DNA from: Gammaproteobacteria bacterium
GTDB lineage: Bacteria; Pseudomonadota; Gammaproteobacteria; JABDGN01
Direction: 5' to 3'
Length of the DNA: 63,260 bases
NCBI GenBank assembly: GCA_034112285.1
Contig: JAWUVP010000083.1
Coordinates: forward strand, 1 to 63,260
In this document: positions 53,099-61,000 of the stretch, in pieces
Layout of the letters: the number at the start of each line of letters is the position of its first letter
How positions within the stretch are numbered: position 1 is the first letter of the stretch
The notes under the pieces: generated by a model
The model's database searches: none
Told to the model about the DNA's origin: nothing
What the model saw: the letters and a program-made list of their open reading frames with translations, nothing else
Position numbers and translations under genes: made by a program

Positions 53099-53344
53099 TT
53101 AGATATCAGTTGAGTTGATCAAGTTATCTGCCACGTCTTGAATTGTGTCTATTTCTTCGTATTTATCATAGGCAATAGTTTTATTCATTTTACTATCAAT
53201 GGCGGTTAGAAGTGACATTATTTGGACAGAGTCCATCGAAAGATCATTTGTCAAACTCATCCCTGGACTAATTTCACCAACAGGTTTGCCTAATTGCTTA
53301 GCCACGATTACAACCAATTTTTCGACGGTCTTAGATGTTGACAT
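53099..53344 (-). CDS. Free-standing acyl/peptidyl carrier protein
   Basis: About 81 aa with the phosphopantetheine attachment motif LSMDSVQIMSL. Immediately upstream (in transcription order) of the ligase. Confidence 0.8.
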   Translation of the reverse strand: MSTSKTVEKLVVIVAKQLGKPVGEISPGMSLTNDLSMDSVQIMSLLTAIDSKMNKTIAYDKYEEIDTIQDVADNLINSTDI

Positions 53345-53421
53345 AATGCACCTCATATTCAAGTTTAATTGCTAAAAGGACGCAGTAAGAAGCTACGTGC
53401 AATCCCGGTATTTGTGAAGTT

Positions 53422-54066
53422 TTATAACAACTTATTTTTATGACGATATTCTAAAATATGCTTAATGTTTTGCAACTCAACGTAATGTCCAGCATAAAAA
53501 AGTGGCCATAAATCTCCCACCCAATACTCACGTTCTTTTAGTGCTGTTTCAGGGTAAGGATTCTCATCATAATTTGGGTGACGACAATTAGTCCAAAGTA
53601 CAACACAACCGGGTTTGCCTAAAACAAGTTCAGCAGGTACAACACGCATAAGGTAAATCATCCATAAATGCTGACTTTGATCCCAAGCACAGTGATAATC
53701 TATAGTCATTGCCTCTTTATTAGTGATAGTTTTGAAAAACATTTTGGTATCTTCACCATTCGTTTCACCGATGGCATCTATTGAAACAAACAGTCCTGGT
53801 TGTTCAGTGTCAGGAATAACCTCACGTGTACTATAAGTCCATTCAGCCAAATTATAACTATCAGCCAGATAATTAAACGCGTCTTCAGGTGGGCAATCGA
53901 TATATTCTTCAACAGTAATATACTGGCCATACACAGCATCATGTTCATAGACTGAGTGCGTTAGTTCAACAGAATGCATTTGCATTTTTTCAAGAGGGCA
54001 ATTTTCAACGCGTAAAACACCGTTAAGCGCATTAATTTCGGATTCAATTTTTGAGTTTGCGGGCAC
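53422..54066 (-). CDS. Hypothetical protein, 214 aa (fold not recognised; SRPBCC/cyclase-like is only a guess)
   Basis: GTG start overlapping the dehydrogenase stop (TAGTG), so probably translationally coupled. No motif I can name. Confidence 0.6.
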   Translation of the reverse strand: MPANSKIESEINALNGVLRVENCPLEKMQMHSVELTHSVYEHDAVYGQYITVEEYIDCPPEDAFNYLADSYNLAEWTYSTREVIPDTEQPGLFVSIDAIGETNGEDTKMFFKTITNKEAMTIDYHCAWDQSQHLWMIYLMRVVPAELVLGKPGCVVLWTNCRHPNYDENPYPETALKEREYWVGDLWPLFYAGHYVELQNIKHILEYRHKNKLL

Positions 54067-55241
54067 TAAGCTCTCCTTTTGGCTGTGTTAGTCTTTTGAT
54101 TGAAATCAAGATATCGTACACTTTGCTCTATCAAGATACTAGAAATTTTATTAAGTGTCTTCATCGGCCAATTCTCATCGGCAACCTCAACACTTAATGC
54201 CTGGCTATAAAGTAATGAGTTACCAGCACTCGTTAGCCAACTAGGAAATACAATGATCCCTTTAGCCGTGGCTTGGTCACGTAATGCTAGGTTAGTAAAA
54301 GGTAAATTGGCACCTGCTAGAATATAATTGGTCACACTATCACTAAAGGTATGGTCTTGTATCACATCAAGCAGTTCAGCATCAATGGCATAGCGGTTAG
54401 CACATAAAGCGATACAATTCGCTTTGTGCTCTCTTAGTGCGCTATGCCAATGTACACGAATATTGGTGGGATCTGCCGGTTGCCACTGTGTGGCAGCTGA
54501 TGAAATATAGAGTGGGTAAAGTTGTTCAAGAGTACTAAAATTAGGATTTTCAACGCGCAGTTGAATGAGCTGCTCAATATCAATACCAGTTTCACAGGCC
54601 ATATAGCCCGAGTGATCAACAATATTGATAATATCAGCGATGCCACTCTGATGCAGATAGTAGGCTAGGCTGTTACCAATTTTTCCGAAACCTTGTAAAA
54701 TAATTCGTAACCGTTGTTGGCTAACGTGTTTCATCAGTTCTGTGATGCTGTAACCCACTGCAGATTTTTCAAGATTGAAATATTTGTTTATTGGTAATGT
54801 AACGCGATCTGCAAGTTTGGAACACTGATTTGGGATGCCTAATTTTTCTGCGTGCATTTGTCCTAAGGCATAAAAAGCAGAATCAAGCCCCATCCCTTGA
54901 ACAATTTTTTCAATGACGGCTGCATCCGTATTCAAATCAGCGCCGGTGCCCCATGACTGCTTAAGCTGTGGTTCACAATATTGTAAAAATTCAGTTAACA
55001 CCGCCAATGAATCTGGGTGCTGTGGATTAAATCGAATGCCAGCCTTCGCACCACCAAAAGGTATTTCATTAAGTTGGTTTTTTAGTGTCATGTTTTGAGC
55101 CAGTTCACTCACCTCAGATAATGAGGCATCTTGTTGCATGAATGTACCACCACCACAGGCACCATTGATTAACTGATTGATAACAAGCCACCCATCAGCG
55201 TCGAAAGTTTGGCTATTCCAGTTAATGATATGTTGTGGCAT
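54066..55241 (-). CDS. Glu/Leu/Phe/Val-family amino-acid dehydrogenase
   Basis: Family active-site signature IPFGGAKAGIRFNP (G-G-x-K). Rossmann motif LQGFGKIGNSLA. The track start 55256 is a TTG, so the ATG at 55241 (MPQHIINW) is preferred. Confidence 0.85.
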   Translation of the reverse strand: MPQHIINWNSQTFDADGWLVINQLINGACGGGTFMQQDASLSEVSELAQNMTLKNQLNEIPFGGAKAGIRFNPQHPDSLAVLTEFLQYCEPQLKQSWGTGADLNTDAAVIEKIVQGMGLDSAFYALGQMHAEKLGIPNQCSKLADRVTLPINKYFNLEKSAVGYSITELMKHVSQQRLRIILQGFGKIGNSLAYYLHQSGIADIINIVDHSGYMACETGIDIEQLIQLRVENPNFSTLEQLYPLYISSAATQWQPADPTNIRVHWHSALREHKANCIALCANRYAIDAELLDVIQDHTFSDSVTNYILAGANLPFTNLALRDQATAKGIIVFPSWLTSAGNSLLYSQALSVEVADENWPMKTLNKISSILIEQSVRYLDFNQKTNTAKRRA

Positions 55242-55383
55242 AAGTAATTGTCTCAATAATAAATAGTTAAGCTATCAAATATCCTTTTGTTGTTCCTCGG
55301 CATGATAGTATTATCTTTACCTTTTCTGTCCTTTGGCCTCTAATTATACAGAAAACTATGCAAATAGAAAAGATCTTTTTCTT

Positions 55384-55410
55384 TTTGTACACCTATTTGT
55401 ACACCTATTT
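55384..55410. promoter_or_regulatory. Tandem 12-bp direct repeat, each copy containing the palindrome TGTACA
   Basis: TTTGTACACCTA TTTGTACACCTA TTT, about 145-170 bp upstream of the dehydrogenase start on the minus strand. Confidence 0.4.
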
Positions 55411-55535
55411 CAATATTGCTGAGAATTTAAGTCACCAAGATTACACCGCATATCATCGTTAAAATATATGAATTTTAAATGGATTACCTAAGAAGGAATA
55501 TTTTCAGAAATAAAATCACGATTTTAGGATAGAAA

Positions 55536-56823
55536 GTGCAGGTTAAAGTGGCCCCCAAAGTCAACACCAAAAAGTGACTGGTATAAGAGGTAGTCTCCTG
55601 TTAATAAACACTAAAATTCAAGCAATCATTATCCCTTGAGCTGATTCACCAGCATAAACCTGGGCAGGTGTTTTATATCCCAAGGATTGATGATTTCGCT
55701 CTTGGTTGTAATAAACAAAATACTCACCAATATATTTGTTAGCTTCAGCGACAGTCGTGAGGTTCCTGAGGTAAACACACTCATATTTCACACTTCGCCA
55801 TAATCGCTCTATAAAAATATTGTCCAATGCGCGACCTTTACCATCCATGCTGAGCTGGATGTTTTTTGCCAAAATTATTGCTGTGAATTTAGGGCTCGTA
55901 AACTGTGAACCCTGATCACTATTAAATATTTCACAGCTACCCGTCGCTAAAGCCACATTCAGTGTTTCAATACAAAAGTCTACTTCCATTGTGGTACTGA
56001 TAGACCATGCAATAACGTAACGACTAAACCAGTCTATAATCGCGACTAAATAGACAAAGCCACCTGATAACCGAATGTAAGTGATGTCAGTGCTCCACAC
56101 CTGATCGACTTGATTTATTAACAACCCGCGTAATAAATAAGGATACACCTTATGCGCTACATTCCGTTTGCTCAGGTTTTTCTTTGGATAAATGGCCTCT
56201 ATCCCCATGAGCTTATATAACCGCTGTAATCGATTACGATTCACTGTGTATCCCTGCAAGTGAAGATAAACCACCATTCGTCGAGTTCCGATAAAAGGGT
56301 GTCGTGTATACTCTTCATCTATCAGATGCATCAATTCAATTGATAGACTATCCATGCAAACTGCTTCGTAATATAAGCTAGAGCGTGGGAGTGATAGCAA
56401 CTCACATTGTCGCCGGACACTAAGTGCTTTGCTATCATTATCAACCAGTTTTCGGAGCTTAGCTGCTGAACAGTTCAGATTTTTTTTCAACCAGTCGCGT
56501 TCAACTGTTAATCGTCCAATTTGTTCATAAAGCTCATCGACCAAGCTTTCCTGAGCATTCTCCTTGCCACGGCGCTTGTCTGAAAAAATATCAGGCACAC
56601 CCGCTAGAAGTTGCTTTTTCCAGGTTGATATCTGTGTGCTGTGCACCTTATATTTTGACGTTAATTCATTTTGGGTAAGTGCCCCTTTCACTGCTTCCAG
56701 GGCTATCTTACCTTTTTCTGCTCCGCTGTAACTCTTGCGCTTTCCTGTCATTTTTGCTCCTCGTTTGGTGGAGAATAACATCTTATTCACTGGTACAGTT
56801 TTAGGGTCCATTATATGTTGCAC
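55536..56823 (-). mobile_element. IS3-family insertion sequence (about 1.29 kb)
   Basis: Contains an OrfAB-type transposase. Imperfect terminal inverted repeats GTGCAGGTTAAAGTGGCCCCCAAA (left) versus GTGCAACATATAATGGACCCTAAA (reverse complement of the right end). No clear target-site duplication seen. Confidence 0.7.
55618..56751 (-). CDS. IS3-family transposase, OrfA and OrfB fused in one frame
   Basis: HTH part MTGKRKSYSGAEKGKIALEAVKG..TQNELTSKYKVHSTQISTWKKQLL. Leucine zipper. DDE integrase core (WSTDITYI ... NSDQGSQFTS ... ERLWRSVKYE). An A8 run (T8 at 56480-56487 on +) lies at the usual frameshift site. Confidence 0.85.
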   Translation of the reverse strand: MTGKRKSYSGAEKGKIALEAVKGALTQNELTSKYKVHSTQISTWKKQLLAGVPDIFSDKRRGKENAQESLVDELYEQIGRLTVERDWLKKNLNCSAAKLRKLVDNDSKALSVRRQCELLSLPRSSLYYEAVCMDSLSIELMHLIDEEYTRHPFIGTRRMVVYLHLQGYTVNRNRLQRLYKLMGIEAIYPKKNLSKRNVAHKVYPYLLRGLLINQVDQVWSTDITYIRLSGGFVYLVAIIDWFSRYVIAWSISTTMEVDFCIETLNVALATGSCEIFNSDQGSQFTSPKFTAIILAKNIQLSMDGKGRALDNIFIERLWRSVKYECVYLRNLTTVAEANKYIGEYFVYYNQERNHQSLGYKTPAQVYAGESAQGIMIA

Positions 56824-56848
56824 CGATAAGCTATTAATAAGAATTATA

Positions 56849-58030
56849 TTATATCTTCAATTGTCTCCTAAAATAGATCATACATATCAATACACTAACA
56901 ACAACAAAAGACACCGCTAGCGGAAGCTGTGAATTTTCGTTTAATATAATTGCGAAAAAACTAATAAAGCTTGTTACGATAATTTGAATTACGCCATATA
57001 ATGCACTAGCAACGCCAGCACAGTGAGCAAATGGCTCAATTGCCTCAATCATTGTATTAGCAGAGATAAATGCAACACCGATAAAAGTGAAAAACATAGG
57101 TATCAAGATGTAAATTAATTTTGTTCCACAAAGATAATATAAGAAAATCATTAAAAAAGAACTTACTATTAACGAGAAAATTCCAATAACAATCATTCTA
57201 TGCACTCCCATACGCATAACCAAAAATCCATTCACAAAGCTGCCTACACTAAGGGCTAAAGCGTTAAAGAATGAAAGCCAACCATACTGTATGACTGTCA
57301 ATCCTAATTTATGCTGATAGAGAAATGGAGTGATGGTCATATACAATATGACACAAGCATATGCTAGACCAGAGGAAAAGGCATTAGTAAAAAACTTCTT
57401 ATGTAGTAATATTTCTCTACAAGTTGCACCAAGACGTTTCCATACTAATTTTTTTTTATGTTCAGATAACAATGTTTCAGGACAAAAAAGAAGTATCGCG
57501 ATAGCGACTAAGCTAGAAATTATAAATAATAAGAAGAAATTTGCTTGCCAATTGAACATATCTTGCACATATCCACCAATAGTTGGGGCAAGTGGCGGAG
57601 TTAAAGTAATTACCATAGTCAGATATGAACTTATTTTGGCCAACTTGTTACCAGCATATCTATCTTTCATCATTGCTCTAATTACAGCACCTGGTGCTCC
57701 AGCTCCAACACCTTGTATCAGTCTACTAATCAGAAAAATATAAACTGAAGTAGAAACGATTGCTAACAATGAACCCATGATGAAAATCAGCATTCCTATA
57801 AGTATTATTGGTTTTCTGCCATAGCTATCAGATAAAAAGCCATATAATAACTGTACAGTCCCCATACCCAATAAATATATTGATATTGAGATTTGAATCA
57901 AACCTGGGTTAGCGTGAAAATATTTTGCAATATAAGGAAAGGAAGGAATAAAGCTATCTATTGCAAACTGACTAACAATTGCTAATAAAACAATAAACAG
58001 AAAAATATCTTTACCTTTTTTTAAGGTCAT
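56849..58030 (-). CDS. MFS efflux transporter, Bcr/CflA (DHA1) type
   Basis: LLYGFLSDSYGRKPIIL, SRLIQGVGAGAPG and a 12-TM profile. Its ATG overlaps the NRPS TGA (ATGA at 58027-58030). Confidence 0.85.
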   Translation of the reverse strand: MTLKKGKDIFLFIVLLAIVSQFAIDSFIPSFPYIAKYFHANPGLIQISISIYLLGMGTVQLLYGFLSDSYGRKPIILIGMLIFIMGSLLAIVSTSVYIFLISRLIQGVGAGAPGAVIRAMMKDRYAGNKLAKISSYLTMVITLTPPLAPTIGGYVQDMFNWQANFFLLFIISSLVAIAILLFCPETLLSEHKKKLVWKRLGATCREILLHKKFFTNAFSSGLAYACVILYMTITPFLYQHKLGLTVIQYGWLSFFNALALSVGSFVNGFLVMRMGVHRMIVIGIFSLIVSSFLMIFLYYLCGTKLIYILIPMFFTFIGVAFISANTMIEAIEPFAHCAGVASALYGVIQIIVTSFISFFAIILNENSQLPLAVSFVVVSVLICMIYFRRQLKI

Positions 58031-61000
58031 TGTATTTCCTTTTTAAGGATATCATTAAAAATATTCACGAGACTATCTAGCTCCTCTTTGAATATCGACC
58101 AATGATCAGCATTAAGCTGATAATAATCGACTACAGCACATAAAGACTTCCATTTTTCAATGTCACCATTTGCTATTGCTATAAAATAATTATTAACTAG
58201 TTCACTTGCTTCAGGATCTTCTAATTTCCCTTTAGCTTTAATAAAAGCTACATCCAAACTGCTCGGCTCTAATTTGCACTTTTTAAGCATTTCCATTTCA
58301 GCTATAATAACCTTCTTTTGGCGCAGAGCAAAGCTAGAAGGTAGCTTGCTATCTAGTCGTTTTTCCAATAGCTCATCTAGTAGCACATTTAAATTATTTA
58401 TGTCTAACATGTCATGAAGAAGATAGCTATCTATAATAATTGTTTTATAGATAGAAACGCCTTTTTTTCCTAGAAGACAGGCTATTTTGTAGGCTAAAAC
58501 ACCACCGAAAGACCATCCAGCTATAAAAATAGATTCATTTTTAATAATATTATCTAATATATAAGCAGTATATAATTTAGCCAACACATCAATGTCATTT
58601 ATGAGTTCACCTTCACTAAATAAATTATAAGAATCCACGCCATACACTGAATATTTTTCATCTAATTTTTCAGCAAGAGGTAGATATGAATAACATCCCC
58701 CACCTCCTGGATGTATAATGAATAACTTCACCGATGACGAGTCTTCGTTCAATTTAACTATCGGCTCATATAGTAATTTATTTTTTTCCACTTGAAGTTC
58801 AGTAGCTTGTTTTTTTATCGTCGTATTTTTAAAAATCCATTGGCTTGAAATATTTATCTTGAATTCTTTTTTCAATTGTTCTGCTAACTGCATGGATTTC
58901 AAGGAATCACCGCCTTGTATAAAAAAACTATCGTTTACCGATATTATATTCGTTTGCAAGACATCCCGCCAAATTTTATAAAGTTTGTTCTCAGTAGGTG
59001 TGGATGGTTTATCATTCACACAACCAAAACACTCTTTATCTGCCAACTCTCTCAGCTGTCTATAGTCTGTTTTCCCAGCTTTTGTCAAAGGAATAGCAGC
59101 TAACATCTTATATATACCTGGAAGCATGAATATTGGTAACAAATCATCCATATATTCTCTAAGATCAGACAAACAGAATTCATGTTGTGATTCGTAGAAA
59201 ATAGCAATCATCTGATTCTTATTAACGACAGTAGCCACCCGAGAAATATCGCCCATACTTAAAAGTGCAGCTTCAATCTCCCCTAACTCTATTCTAAAAC
59301 CACGTATCTTCACTTGGCCATCTATACGACCTATGAACTGTAGTTTTCCTTCGGGTAACCAGCGCACCAGATCACCCGTCCGATACAGCTTCCCTTCACC
59401 ATAAGGATTCGCTATAAATTTCTCCCGGGTTAATTCTGCCCTGTTCAAATATCCTCGAGCTACGCCATCACCACCAACATGTAATTCTCCTGGGACACCA
59501 GGAGGACATAACAGTCCATATTTGCTCAGTACGTAACATGTTGTATTTTTCACGGGTGTACCAATTGAAACCTCTTGTTCTATTTCATTATTATTACTCA
59601 CAATCTCTTTAGTAGAAAATACCGTGTTCTCAGTTGGCCCATAACAATTAATTAACGAAACCGACTTGTTGTTTTTAAAAAATGTTTTTACAACATTTGA
59701 TTGTAATTTTTCACCACCGAGATAGATTGTAGAAAGTTTTGAAAACAATTCGTTATCACTCCTTAGAACATTGTCAAAAAATGATGGTGTTAAAAAAATA
59801 TGTTGAATTTTTTTCTGATATAAGTAGGATTTAAACTTACCAACATCCAACAAAGTTTTCTTATTCACACATACTAATGTAGCACCTCGCAACAATGTAA
59901 CCCAAACTTCAAAGGTTGCCGCATCAAAAGATATATTTGATAAATGCGCAACTCTTTCGCTAGGCGTGAATTTTATATAATCTGAATCGTATGCCAAGCT
60001 AGTAACCGAGTGTTGCTCCACCATAACGCCCTTTGGCTTGCCTGTAGAACCAGAAGTATAAAGAACATAAGCCAAATCACTTCCACACACGTCAATATCA
60101 GGCCTATCCCCTTGATAGTTATCTAAAGTAGCATCTACACTCTCTAAACAAATAATTTTATTTTGAGACGTCGACATACAAAACTTACTTTCAGAAAGTA
60201 TTTTAGTACTCAAGACTAATTCACACGCGGAATCTTCAAGCATATACTGTAAGCGTGACTCGGGGTATTCTGGGGAAAGCGGCATATAGGCTCCACCCGA
60301 TTTTATAATCGCTAACATCGCTATGACTGAATTGATACCTCGTTCTAAGCATACACCGATCAGCATATCTCTTAACAATGGCTTATTCGTTCTTCGCTGA
60401 TAGTGTTCTCGAATAAAATGGGCTAGTTGATTAGTTTTCTTATCAAGTTCACCATATGTTAGTTCTCGCTCACCTTCAATCAATGCTATATTTTGTGCAT
60501 TAAGTTTTGCTTGATCCGAAAACAGCTCTGCTAATGATTCTTTCTTTGGATAAGCTTGCACGGTATTATTCCATGTACTTAATAGTTTTGTTTTTTCATC
60601 ATTATCAAGCAACGGCACTTCCATCATTTTCTTGTTTGGTGATATTATTATCCACTTTAACACTAAATCCAAATGTAACAATAAATTTTCTACATAATAT
60701 GGTAAGAAAACCTCCCTATCATATGCGATATCAACCATCAAATTATCACTCAAGCTAATTGAAATGACTAAAGGGTAATTTGTCTTTTCTTGCCCCAGTA
60801 ATTTATCAAAATTAAGCTTATTCGCTTCATCTTTACTGTCACCGACCGGATAATTTTCAAAGACATACAAACTGTAAAATAAAGGCAGCTCATTACTAAT
60901 ATCACTCTGAGCCTGAACCTCACCCAATGTCAAATAACTGTACTGATTCGATAATTGCATACGCTCATGTTGGCGCTGCAAGTGACTCAACACATCACCC

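Noticed and set aside
56752-56823. N-terminal 24 codons of the 401-aa transposase ORF
   Set aside because: The frame simply stays open to the end of the IS, inside the terminal inverted repeat. IS3 OrfA proteins start around MTGKRKSYS (ATG 56751).
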